In this document: positions 55,308-63,919 of the stretch, in pieces
Layout: each line of letters opens with the position of its first letter
Numbering within the stretch: position 1 is the first letter of the stretch
Virus record (IMG/VR): IMGVR_UViG_3300021431_000089
Span: 32,001 to 96,000 of that record
Reading direction: 5' to 3' (one strand)
Length of the DNA: 64,000 nucleotides
DNA from: a virus
Taxonomy: Duplodnaviria; Caudoviricetes
Translations under genes and position numbers: made by a program
Notes under the pieces: model-generated
What the model was told of the DNA's origin: nothing
The model's input: the letters and a program-made list of their open reading frames with translations, nothing else
Database searches by the model: none

Positions 55308-55720
55308 TTCTTACTCCGATCTCTAACCTTTTTTAACATATCAAAAAAGGTCAAGCTCACTTCCACGTTTCCGTCCAGATAAGTTTCCAATTCAAGACTG
55401 TCCGCGGATAGTACAGCATTTTTGAAAAGAAGATGGTTTTTTGGTTCAATATGCCTGCCTAAAATCGAAATTGTACCAATCAGCCCGCCCCTTCCGAGGC
55501 TTGATTTCACATTGCAATCGCATCCAGTAAACGCCTCTGAAACAATCTTAGTGGCATACTCAAACAACTCGTATCGTTTCTCGTCTTGTTCGTATTCACT
55601 GAGATCGATGTAACCAGAAGATTTATACAACTCGTATAATACCTTTATGAAGGCATTATCTTCTTCCTCTCTACGTCTCTCATCAATTTCTAGCAAATCA
55701 ATCTTATACTCTTTACTCAT
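55304..55720 (-). CDS. hypothetical protein
   Basis: Operon ORF, GAGGTG RBS. Confidence 0.6.
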   Translation of the reverse strand: MSKEYKIDLLEIDERRREEEDNAFIKVLYELYKSSGYIDLSEYEQDEKRYELFEYATKIVSEAFTGCDCNVKSSLGRGGLIGTISILGRHIEPKNHLLFKNAVLSADSLELETYLDGNVEVSLTFFDMLKKVRDRSKN

Positions 55721-55729
55721 GTTTTACAT

Positions 55730-56854
55730 TCACCTCATTGCCGTAACCGTTGCCGCTATAATCCTAGCGGCTTCAACAATATCAGCCTGTGTATTATTGC
55801 TGGAGAAAGAAACCCTGATTGTGCTCATCGCATCCTCATCAGTAACCCCGATCGCCTTTAGCACCCTGCTCGGTCTGGTCGTATTGGCATGGCACGCGGA
55901 GCCGGCTGATACACAAACACCTTTGGCCGAAAGCGCCATAATTAACGTTTCTGCATCAACCCCTTTGAACGAAATGTTCACAATTTTTGGATTCGGTTCT
56001 CCATTAATTCTCATTATATCATATGCTTCGCCCCCGCAACGGGATTCCATCTCGTTATTTAAACATTCGACAAACGCATTTGTAACACCGTCGGAAACCG
56101 TCGTTGCTCCGTCGATTACATCGGCACATGCGGTACCAAATCCAACAATCCCAAGCACATTCTTTGTGCCAGGACGGAGACCGAACTCTTGTTCCTTAGC
56201 ACCACTCAATATCGACGACAAACGTTCAGGCGATTTGACATACAGAGCACCAACCCCCTGCGGGCCGTGAACCTTGTGAGAAGATATTGACAAGGAATCA
56301 ATCTCCGGATGCCTACTAACATCGATTGGAAACTGGCCGAACGCTTGGACATAGTCGATATGCAACCATGCATCAGATGGCTTCAGTTTAACAATTTTGG
56401 AAATGTTATTTACCGTGCCAATCTCGTTGTTGACGGCAGTAAACGCAAGCAGCGGGTTTGGAACCACGATCATATCAAGCTTGCTTGCAAGATCGTCATA
56501 GTCAATTTGCCCATACGAATTCAATTTCACAACACAGTGTAAGTCATAATCTAAAACAGACTGATAAACCGAATCATGTTCTCCCTCGGAACACATAGCG
56601 AACACTGCACTACACCCCTTTATTGCCAAATTGTTGGCCTCAGTCCCGCCAGACGTAAAAACTATCTGGTCGGGTCGCGCACCAATTGATTTGGCAACAA
56701 CCTCTCTTGCCCCTTCCACCATTCTACTAGCTTCAAGCCCAATAGCATGCCGCGAATCCGGGTTGCCGTAATATCCGCCTTCCATATATGCCTTCATTGC
56801 ATTGATAACCCTTGTAGACATTTGCGTTGACGCCGCATTATCAAGATAAATCAC
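55730..56854 (-). CDS. iscS: cysteine desulfurase (IscS/NifS)
   Basis: IYLDNAAST, GNP.S.H, FTSGGTEANN, D.VQ, SSHK.HGP.GVG, R.GT.N, SAGSAC. Confidence 0.93.
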   Translation of the reverse strand: MIYLDNAASTQMSTRVINAMKAYMEGGYYGNPDSRHAIGLEASRMVEGAREVVAKSIGARPDQIVFTSGGTEANNLAIKGCSAVFAMCSEGEHDSVYQSVLDYDLHCVVKLNSYGQIDYDDLASKLDMIVVPNPLLAFTAVNNEIGTVNNISKIVKLKPSDAWLHIDYVQAFGQFPIDVSRHPEIDSLSISSHKVHGPQGVGALYVKSPERLSSILSGAKEQEFGLRPGTKNVLGIVGFGTACADVIDGATTVSDGVTNAFVECLNNEMESRCGGEAYDIMRINGEPNPKIVNISFKGVDAETLIMALSAKGVCVSAGSACHANTTRPSRVLKAIGVTDEDAMSTIRVSFSSNNTQADIVEAARIIAATVTAMR

Positions 56855-56877
56855 AAACTCACCCTCCTAGACTTAAT

Positions 56878-57180
56878 TCATTCGTCTTTTCCTGTAATAA
56901 TTTGAAACTCTATATCACCAGCAATAAACGCAGCTGTACTTAAACACTCACGATATTCCTTACCATGATTGCTATAAAACTCTGCTCTCAATACAATAAA
57001 GCGCGGGTAAACCTGTTCAATAATCGCCCTGTCTGGTACGTGAGCCGGAATTCCTGAGAGAGATTCATTAAATAAAAAGCCGCGTCTACAGATTAATCTG
57101 TCCCCCGGCTTAAGTCCAAGATCAATTTCGGCATCAATTGGTTTGCCCCTTCTTATATTTACTACTTTATTTTTCATCAA
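56878..57180 (-). CDS. hypothetical protein
   Basis: GGAGG RBS. Confidence 0.6.
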   Translation of the reverse strand: MMKNKVVNIRRGKPIDAEIDLGLKPGDRLICRRGFLFNESLSGIPAHVPDRAIIEQVYPRFIVLRAEFYSNHGKEYRECLSTAAFIAGDIEFQIITGKDE

Positions 57181-57187
57181 TACCTCC

Positions 57188-58078
57188 TTAGCTATAGTTA
57201 GCTACAGCAGCGTGCTGTTCATTTGACTGTAACGCCTGCGGGAATGTAATAGCATATTCCTGCGGCTTATCTTTTGTAATTTCCATCTCGTCATCTTGTG
57301 CTCCGGATTCCATAATCATGCTGTCGACAAGATAATTTTCCGTAAGTGAACCAAGATTTAGTTTTTTATACGCTTCCTCGATTTCCTCGCCCGTGATACC
57401 AATATAATCAAGCGTCTGAGCCGGCGTCGAATGACCAAGCATTTTCTGAAGGAGTAAAAGCTTTCGGCTATCGTTATTGCTCATTACCATCTGGTGATAA
57501 CAGAATGTCTTTCTCAATGAATGGCTCGACATTTTTATGTTAAGGTCAAGCTCATTTGCCAACCCGACAAGAATCCTGTTTATTGACTGTATAGTAAGTG
57601 GTTTCCCGAGATTCTTACCACGATTCGAAGTTGCCTTAAACATGTAATCACTCAGGCTAACACCTTCGGTGTGCTCGAGAAATAAAGTAACCGCATCGAC
57701 CACAGCATTGTTCACTGTGATGTAACGGTTCTTTTTTCTCTTTCGCGTGTTCCTAGTCTTCTTCTCGAAAACCGGGAACGTATCTTTAAATGTCAGATTG
57801 TCGTTAATCAAATTTGAAAAACGCAAAACCCGAAGATCACTCGCTCGCAAACCAAAGTTAATGCCGACAATAAACAGCATGTTATCTCTGTATCGCCCAT
57901 GGTCAATCAAATATTTTGAAATGCGATTGATGTCATGTAAATCCTTCACAGGTTCTGCGGCGTGATCAATTGCAAGTTCTTCATCAACGTTTTCCTTTGC
58001 CGGAGAAATCATTCCGTCAGCAAGTTTGCGCACCCTGTTCTCTTTGAGTGCACGAATATCAATTGTTCCGTTTGACAT
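57188..58078 (-). CDS. second tyrosine recombinase (catalytic domain only)
   Basis: GLRASDL, EKKT, HSLRKTF, LGHS, T..YIG. Confidence 0.88.
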   Translation of the reverse strand: MSNGTIDIRALKENRVRKLADGMISPAKENVDEELAIDHAAEPVKDLHDINRISKYLIDHGRYRDNMLFIVGINFGLRASDLRVLRFSNLINDNLTFKDTFPVFEKKTRNTRKRKKNRYITVNNAVVDAVTLFLEHTEGVSLSDYMFKATSNRGKNLGKPLTIQSINRILVGLANELDLNIKMSSHSLRKTFCYHQMVMSNNDSRKLLLLQKMLGHSTPAQTLDYIGITGEEIEEAYKKLNLGSLTENYLVDSMIMESGAQDDEMEITKDKPQEYAITFPQALQSNEQHAAVANYS

Positions 58079-58667
58079 CGGCAATATCCTCCCACATGTA
58101 AGTTGGAGGGTTTAAAGCCCCGTGAAATTCAAGGTTTGAAACCCTCGCATAATAAGATGTGTTGTTTACTTTAGCAATTTCCATGCGAACGTCAAGCCCG
58201 TATTTTCTTAAATTGTCCTCGATGCATTTTACTGCCATTAGATTGTGTTCCGTCGGGCCGATTCCATCGAAGTTCAACAGCATGTTTGTATCACATTTCC
58301 CATTCCTTGCCAGATCAATTCTTGCCAACCACATATATAGATTACTATATTGCAAACCGATCTTTTCTCGGTGTGCCATACGATCCAGTTCGTCAGCCCA
58401 ATCGTTACCAAAAAGTTGGTACATCTCGTGTCGATACTCGTTTATAATCTTCTTCGTTGCTACAAGCTTATGCATTTTTGTAAATGCATCAAGGTATTCA
58501 GACCGTGTGTATGCTAGCTGTTGTCGAAGGCGGTCAGCATCCGCTTCGTACTGTTGACGGCCTCTGTTATAAAGTGCGCCAGCGAATAAACGGAACAGAA
58601 ACGCTAGGAGATATGCACAAAGACCAAAAACCAGAAATATAAAAGAGCAAATATATCCTAACGTCAT
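58059..58667 (-). CDS. membrane-anchored hypothetical protein
   Basis: AAGGAG RBS before MTLGY; N-terminal TM. Confidence 0.6.
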   Translation of the reverse strand: MTLGYICSFIFLVFGLCAYLLAFLFRLFAGALYNRGRQQYEADADRLRQQLAYTRSEYLDAFTKMHKLVATKKIINEYRHEMYQLFGNDWADELDRMAHREKIGLQYSNLYMWLARIDLARNGKCDTNMLLNFDGIGPTEHNLMAVKCIEDNLRKYGLDVRMEIAKVNNTSYYARVSNLEFHGALNPPTYMWEDIADVKRNN

Positions 58668-58765
58668 ACGACCATCTCCTTTAGTCGCCGACAGAACAGA
58701 ATACAATGGCTAACAGAAAAACCGTCTGCCCGATAAATAATCCGCTCATGAAAATCAGGAACTCT

Positions 58766-59146
58766 TTAAGCGTTGGCATCTTCTGTATCGAATCCTACCT
58801 TATTTTTGGAGACGTAGTTCATATAATACGTTCTGATCTCCCGCTCATCACGTTCGACTTCGCGAATACCGGCCTCTGCCGCTTCCATACGGTCGATAAT
58901 ATGTTGCATGTCCTCGTTAAAGCAGCTAAATTCATCCTGAATTGTTTTGCTGTTCTTGTTCGAGACAGTGATGAGATTTGAAACTCTGTTTTCAATACCG
59001 GAGGCATGTCTTTCTACGTCAGTAATCCTTTTATCAATCTCCGAACGTTCCTGCCTGTCAGCGTTCATATACTTATATGTATTATACAGCCCGAAACCAG
59101 AAAGGATAAGATTAAAAACCAGTACTAAAATCACAACAGCATTCAT
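58766..59146 (-). CDS. TM plus coiled-coil protein
   Basis: N-terminal TM, heptad pattern. Confidence 0.6.
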   Translation of the reverse strand: MNAVVILVLVFNLILSGFGLYNTYKYMNADRQERSEIDKRITDVERHASGIENRVSNLITVSNKNSKTIQDEFSCFNEDMQHIIDRMEAAEAGIREVERDEREIRTYYMNYVSKNKVGFDTEDANA

Positions 59147-59409
59147 TTTTTATTACCCCCTTTGTTCTTTACATACTCATGCCATGCGTCTACAAGCCTG
59201 AGCACATCGCAGCGTGCCCAAAAATTCTCTTCAAGATAATCCATAATCCACGAAACCGGAATCGCATCTACGGATGGCTCGTTGTAAATTAAATCCTGTG
59301 ACATGATGAGCCCGTTTACCCAATCTTCCCCAGTGTGCTGGTATGCCGGTTCATTAATCATCGCATCAATCTTGCCAAGGATACTTTTTTCCTTTATCAA
59401 TCTGTCCAT
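59143..59409 (-). CDS. hypothetical protein
   Basis: RLI...P.VDAIPV.W motif. Confidence 0.65.
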   Translation of the reverse strand: MDRLIKEKSILGKIDAMINEPAYQHTGEDWVNGLIMSQDLIYNEPSVDAIPVSWIMDYLEENFWARCDVLRLVDAWHEYVKNKGGNKK

Positions 59410-59410
59410 A

Positions 59411-59737
59411 CTACCTCCTATCGTTTAAAATGTCATAAACCCGAGATGAGCTAATACATAGTTCGCTTGCTATCTCAGTTGGCTGGTATCCACACCTATA
59501 CATTTTCTTAACAGCCCGCGTTGTTTTCTTCTCATCCGATTCGACAGTTTTTCGTTTGATTCCTTTAGCCTTGATTGCCTGACGGCGACGCCGGTTCTCC
59601 TCAGTAACCTTGGCGTCGCAATCATAGCAAATCATACCGGCCGAAATTCCGTATCTGTATGTGCCGAACGGCCCCGTAATAACACGGCCGCATATCGCAC
59701 ATTTTCTACGGACGTCTTCATACCGGGGCTTAGTCAT
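59411..59737 (-). CDS. zinc-finger plus HTH regulator
   Basis: CAIC..CYDC; EIASELCISSSRVYDIL. Confidence 0.65.
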   Translation of the reverse strand: MTKPRYEDVRRKCAICGRVITGPFGTYRYGISAGMICYDCDAKVTEENRRRRQAIKAKGIKRKTVESDEKKTTRAVKKMYRCGYQPTEIASELCISSSRVYDILNDRR

Positions 59738-60114
59738 TAAAAGCCGCCCTGCTTAAGCATCATCTTAAACTCAGTAGCCTTCTGCTTGGCGCCAGCCTTA
59801 ACGCCATCGTTGTAACTGTCATCAATGCGACGCTGGATTTCGGCGGCAAGCTGTTCAACCGTTGCCAGTTTCAAGCTTGCAGCAACCTCTGCGGCTTCAA
59901 CCTTCACGGACTTACGGTCTTCGACCCATTCAAGAAGGTCAGATTCCGTGATCAGATATGTATGGCCACGAGTCTTTCCCGGGACAGTAGACGCACGAAG
60001 GGTACCCTTCAATACAGCATTACGAAGCGTCTGTTCGGAGACGCCAGCGGTCTGTGCCGCAATACTCAGTTTTAAATACTTTTCAGACATGTTTTTTAAT
60101 TTTTCCTCCCTCAT
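59737..60114 (-). CDS. excisionase/MerR-like HTH DNA-binding protein
   Basis: AA..AGVS.QTLR..V..G.L.A...YLI..SDL..W. Confidence 0.7.
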   Translation of the reverse strand: MREEKLKNMSEKYLKLSIAAQTAGVSEQTLRNAVLKGTLRASTVPGKTRGHTYLITESDLLEWVEDRKSVKVEAAEVAASLKLATVEQLAAEIQRRIDDSYNDGVKAGAKQKATEFKMMLKQGGF

Positions 60115-60140
60115 CTTTCCAAGTAAAAAACCCGACTTGT

Positions 60141-60443
60141 TTATTTGTAATCGGGCAGATCAACATCAATGTAGACATATTCCAGACTGATCGGCTTTTC
60201 TGCGCTCATGTTGACGTCTGGCGAAACCAGGTGCCCAGTATAAACCGCTTTTGCAATCGCCTCTGGCAAAGTAGATGGTTCAAGATAGAACTTTGACTTT
60301 AAAATCAGAGCCCTAGCTCGTTGCATTGCATCGTAAAGCGAGTCACCTTTCACGCTTCCCTTGAAGTCTGGTATGTAAAGTAAATAATCCGATCCATCTT
60401 TCGTTAAGATTGTTGGATAAACTGCGTGGATGATACCAATCAC
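60141..60443 (-). CDS. HicB-like antitoxin
   Basis: YP.I.....Y..YIPD.....GDS..DA...AR..I. Confidence 0.65.
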   Translation of the reverse strand: MIGIIHAVYPTILTKDGSDYLLYIPDFKGSVKGDSLYDAMQRARALILKSKFYLEPSTLPEAIAKAVYTGHLVSPDVNMSAEKPISLEYVYIDVDLPDYK

Positions 60444-60453
60444 CTCCTACCTG

Positions 60454-60807
60454 CTAAAGTGTTATCTTATCGAGAAAAACCATCATACCCTCATAGCACA
60501 CAACCTCGCCATCTTTGAATACGAACCGCCACCCAGCAGGCCAGCTTGCATCCTCATCAATTACATAAGCGTCCTCGCCGTCGCATACATACGGTACAAA
60601 CTCATTCAATAAATGGTGAACATTGCGGAGACAAGACATCACATCGTTCGTTTCTACAAGCCCCATAATGTCATATGTGTTGCTTTCTGGATCATAACCC
60701 CATTCACTGAAGTAAGTCTCCCACGGTGCGTTGTCGAAATGCAGGTCGTCTGCAACAACCCCTTCGCGAACTTTCAGCGCGGCATCAATGCTTAATACAT
60801 GAGACAT
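60454..60807 (-). CDS. hypothetical acidic protein
   Basis: Operon ORF. Confidence 0.6.
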   Translation of the reverse strand: MSHVLSIDAALKVREGVVADDLHFDNAPWETYFSEWGYDPESNTYDIMGLVETNDVMSCLRNVHHLLNEFVPYVCDGEDAYVIDEDASWPAGWRFVFKDGEVVCYEGMMVFLDKITL

Positions 60808-60941
60808 AATTCATCAATCCTTTCCATTTCGAAAATACAATTTTCAAGATACTCAATCTGATAAGCGACGATTTCCAGTGGCAGGTGACTCGTTTTCAAA
60901 TCACGAATCGCCTGCTTGTAGCTTTCAATCATGTCATCCAT
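60792..60941 (-). CDS. 49-aa protein (not in ORF track)
   Basis: GAGGT RBS; MDDMIESYKQAIRDLK... Confidence 0.45.
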   Translation of the reverse strand: MDDMIESYKQAIRDLKTSHLPLEIVAYQIEYLENCIFEMERIDELCLMY

Positions 60942-60985
60942 ACCTCTTTCCTTTCCGTTGCCACATGGCAAACTCCGTTTCCCGT

Positions 60986-61334
60986 GTGCGTACCTGGCTT
61001 TTAAACGAGCATCGACGATTTAACACCCTTTTAAATCGTCGATGTGAGTTTTAAAGTCAAGTACAGGCACTGATCGAAGAACAGATACCTTCTCGTTACT
61101 ATCGCTAACAGCGGTAGCTGCTGTGGTTAAAACGCCAAAGCTATATACCCATGTGTGTTAAACCCTGATCCGGCACTTAATTCCCTAAGTAGAAATTAAG
61201 TGTGATTTTAAAAATCCGATCGCCCGATTCGGAGGGCTGATCGGATGGGGCGAAGCCCCTTAAATTTCCGCAGAGCGGAAATTTAAGGCTCATCCTTTCC
61301 CCGACAATGCATTTCTATCGCTAACAGCGGTAGC
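60986..61334. other. palindrome-rich non-coding region (candidate origin or structured RNA)
   Basis: 14-bp perfect IR at 61010-61044 in an ~85-nt hairpin; 20-bp direct repeat at 61099 and 61315; four further hairpins. Confidence 0.6.
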
Positions 61335-61431
61335 CAAACCAACAATTATGTAGATGTAAGAGAGGGAGAAAACCAGCTTGTTGGAATGAATTGCATCAGG
61401 GCTATCAAATTTAGTTATATACTCGATGTGT

Positions 61432-61656
61432 TCAAATATGTTCTTTATTTTTGTTCACAGATTCCGCAGTCTGCGATCTATATTTTGTCAATGCTTCGAT
61501 TGCCATCTTATGTGCTGTGGAAGATCGACATGTTTTGAGATCATAAACTCTTTCCGCGCCGTAGTACGGACATTTTGTACAGTGTTCCGCCGAATCCGCG
61601 TCGGGCAGATAAGACTTCATACAATAAATCGCCTCGTCGATTGTCATTTCATTCAT
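61432..61656 (-). CDS. Cys-motif small protein
   Basis: MTIDEAI..C..CPY..C..AIEAL. Confidence 0.6.
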   Translation of the reverse strand: MNEMTIDEAIYCMKSYLPDADSAEHCTKCPYYGAERVYDLKTCRSSTAHKMAIEALTKYRSQTAESVNKNKEHI

Positions 61657-61868
61657 AAAACCTCACTTTTATTATCCTCTGACAATACCTTTATGTAGAC
61701 ATTGCCGTCATTTCCATGCTCGTCGATTTCACGACAGGCCAGATAACCGACCTGCCCTTTAACTGTTCCCTCAATGCTGGTAACGACATCATCAAAAGAT
61801 GTCTTACACATTTCCTCATATGAGAGAGGCGTTTCACACGCAATTTCGATTTTAAAATAGTTCATCAT
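61653..61868 (-). CDS. MNYFKIE-family small protein
   Basis: AGGAGG RBS; paralog family. Confidence 0.65.
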   Translation of the reverse strand: MMNYFKIEIACETPLSYEEMCKTSFDDVVTSIEGTVKGQVGYLACREIDEHGNDGNVYIKVLSEDNKSEVL

Positions 61869-61873
61869 ACCTC

Positions 61874-62434
61874 CTATTTATTAGCGGCTTTCGCCTTTGC
61901 CAGATCGACATAAATGTCGCAGTAAGTATCGTCGAAATAGTCATCGACCTTTTCAATAAACCACGGCTGTCTGGCAACGGTTTTGTATGCGTCATAGAAA
62001 ATCCAATTCTTTCCGCCGATTCTTGCATGCACATACAAGATGTTGTCATTTCCAACATACTTATTAAAAGTGTCGATCTGCTTTTTGACAGCGCGGCGAT
62101 GTTGTTTGATCAGGAACTTGGCACGCTTACGGTTCTTGCCATGGACACGAGCCCAATTAACATCAACTGCCATATCGTCCTTGTAAATCAGATACTTTTT
62201 CATAGCTGCTTTAGTTCTCAGACTGGACACATACCATCCATTACATGCCCATCTTGGATATGATCTGATCAAATCCTCAAGTAAAAAGCTGAAGCCCGAA
62301 CCATCATCGTACTCAGCTTTCTGTTCCTGCCCCATGAGTCGATACCCACGAAGTCTTGGAATATTAAGGTGAATGTTATTTTCATGCAGATATTTACTGA
62401 TGTCTTCAATCTGCGCATACGCTCCCAAATCCAT
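61874..62434 (-). CDS. hypothetical protein
   Basis: AAGGAGG RBS; MDLGAY..PRLRG..HARIGG.NW..DD.FD.TYCDIY. Confidence 0.7.
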   Translation of the reverse strand: MDLGAYAQIEDISKYLHENNIHLNIPRLRGYRLMGQEQKAEYDDGSGFSFLLEDLIRSYPRWACNGWYVSSLRTKAAMKKYLIYKDDMAVDVNWARVHGKNRKRAKFLIKQHRRAVKKQIDTFNKYVGNDNILYVHARIGGKNWIFYDAYKTVARQPWFIEKVDDYFDDTYCDIYVDLAKAKAANK

Positions 62435-62530
62435 ATAAACCCTCCTTTATTACATGCTTCTGAATTTGTAATAATACAGTACGTTCTCCATCTGAACGCA
62501 GACTTCACCGGTAGTTTGTAGTGGCATATA

Positions 62531-62716
62531 TTACCTCGCTTTCCTCATCCGTTTCGGTTTGCCATGCTTGAACAATGCGTGATGCCAATAACGATGGATG
62601 GTCAACACACCACCCTCACAGGTTGTATAGAATTCACAGTAGCGCCCCCTTCTGACCGGAACAGAAGGATCAATCTTCCACGCCCTACGGAATACTTCGA
62701 GATTAATCATTAGCAT
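62531..62716 (-). CDS. small basic protein ending KH.KPKRMR
   Basis: Paralog of 62899..63084; start uncertain. Confidence 0.5.
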   Translation of the reverse strand: MLMINLEVFRRAWKIDPSVPVRRGRYCEFYTTCEGGVLTIHRYWHHALFKHGKPKRMRKAR

Positions 62717-62897
62717 TTGCGTATCCGTTATAGCGGATGACGTCCCCATGTTCGTCTATCTGAGTGTAAGACGCAAACCCAACCTCACCTTTAATTATCT
62801 GTTCCGTGTAGTCAATAACTGACTCTAAAAACACATCACACATTTCATCGTATGTAAGCGGACTCTCACATACCATTTCGATTTTGAAATAATTCAT
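62703..62897 (-). CDS. MNYFKIE-family small protein
   Basis: Paralog family. Confidence 0.65.
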   Translation of the reverse strand: MNYFKIEMVCESPLTYDEMCDVFLESVIDYTEQIIKGEVGFASYTQIDEHGDVIRYNGYANAND

Positions 62898-62898
62898 A

Positions 62899-63084
62899 TT
62901 ACTTTGCCCTCCTCATTCTTTTCGGCTTGCGATGTTTATACAGCAGGTGATATGAATCGTTTGTGACCATAATCAATTCACCACAGTACCCGCTGAAGTA
63001 ACAATTGTTGTGCCGCAAGAGTCGATAATCCGGGCCATCATCGCCCTGCCGTTCGTAAATCAGTTTGTAAAGTCTCAAGTTCAT
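62899..63084 (-). CDS. small basic protein ending KH.KPKRMR
   Basis: Paralog of 62531 gene. Confidence 0.55.
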   Translation of the reverse strand: MNLRLYKLIYERQGDDGPDYRLLRHNNCYFSGYCGELIMVTNDSYHLLYKHRKPKRMRRAK

Positions 63085-63353
63085 ATGCTTCCATCCTTAT
63101 ATTTAAGAAGCGCGGATAAATCACCCGGCTCAATTCCATCCTCGACTAGCTCAAGTGCAAAATCAGGAAAGTACCAGTACCACTGCTCACCTTTTTCAAA
63201 TTCGACTCGATATACACCGTGGAGAATTCCAATGCAGGCACTAGCGACCTCGCCGACTCTCCCTATATGATCATCATATGCCGGTATATATCCGACCCAA
63301 TGCTTAATATTTGGAGTTACACGAACAATATCACCTTGTTGGAAAAAGACCAT
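63081..63353 (-). CDS. KOW/SH3-like small protein, paralog
   Basis: F..GD.VRV..W..Y.P..D..IG..GEV; tail IEPGDLSALL. Confidence 0.65.
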   Translation of the reverse strand: MVFFQQGDIVRVTPNIKHWVGYIPAYDDHIGRVGEVASACIGILHGVYRVEFEKGEQWYWYFPDFALELVEDGIEPGDLSALLKYKDGSI

Positions 63354-63617
63354 TCACAAGTTCACCCCACCAAAAAGCCCGGACAAATCGCCCGGCTCAA
63401 TCTTGGTTTCGGCAAACTCAAGAACCCATTCTGGGAAATACCATAACGTTTCACCATCTTTAAAATCAATACGGCACAGATCCTTGCTAACTCCACCGCT
63501 GCTGGGGACAACTTCGCCAATCTCCCCGATATAGGCGTCAAGTTGGGGGACATACCCGCCCCATTCTCTTGAGCTCTTCATCACACGCACAAGATCACCC
63601 GCCATAAACTTGTTCAT
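63354..63617 (-). CDS. KOW/SH3-like small protein, paralog
   Basis: Same motif; tail IEPGDLSGLF. Confidence 0.65.
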   Translation of the reverse strand: MNKFMAGDLVRVMKSSREWGGYVPQLDAYIGEIGEVVPSSGGVSKDLCRIDFKDGETLWYFPEWVLEFAETKIEPGDLSGLFGGVNL

Positions 63618-63919
63618 TATTTATACCCCCGTCCAAATTGCGAAACGAGATTCATAACAGACATCTCTGATGAGATTTCTTCAGCCGGTTCGTTTGCTAC
63701 CAATCGCAAATATTCATCTTTATAAAACCATTTGCCATCAATTCCTTCAAAACCACCGACTATAGCGTAAATAGTATCATCTATATCATCTTCAAAGCCA
63801 ACAACCTCGCCCGTGCAACCTACTGTTTTGTCCATACCGGGCACCCAGTACTCCCAATCGGAGCCATTGCGAACAACAGTTACCTTATCTCCAATCCAAA
63901 ACATTGTCCTTGTCATCAT
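63617..63919 (-). CDS. KOW/SH3-like small protein, paralog
   Basis: F.IGD.V.V..W..W.P.MD..VG..GEV. Confidence 0.65.
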   Translation of the reverse strand: MMTRTMFWIGDKVTVVRNGSDWEYWVPGMDKTVGCTGEVVGFEDDIDDTIYAIVGGFEGIDGKWFYKDEYLRLVANEPAEEISSEMSVMNLVSQFGRGYK

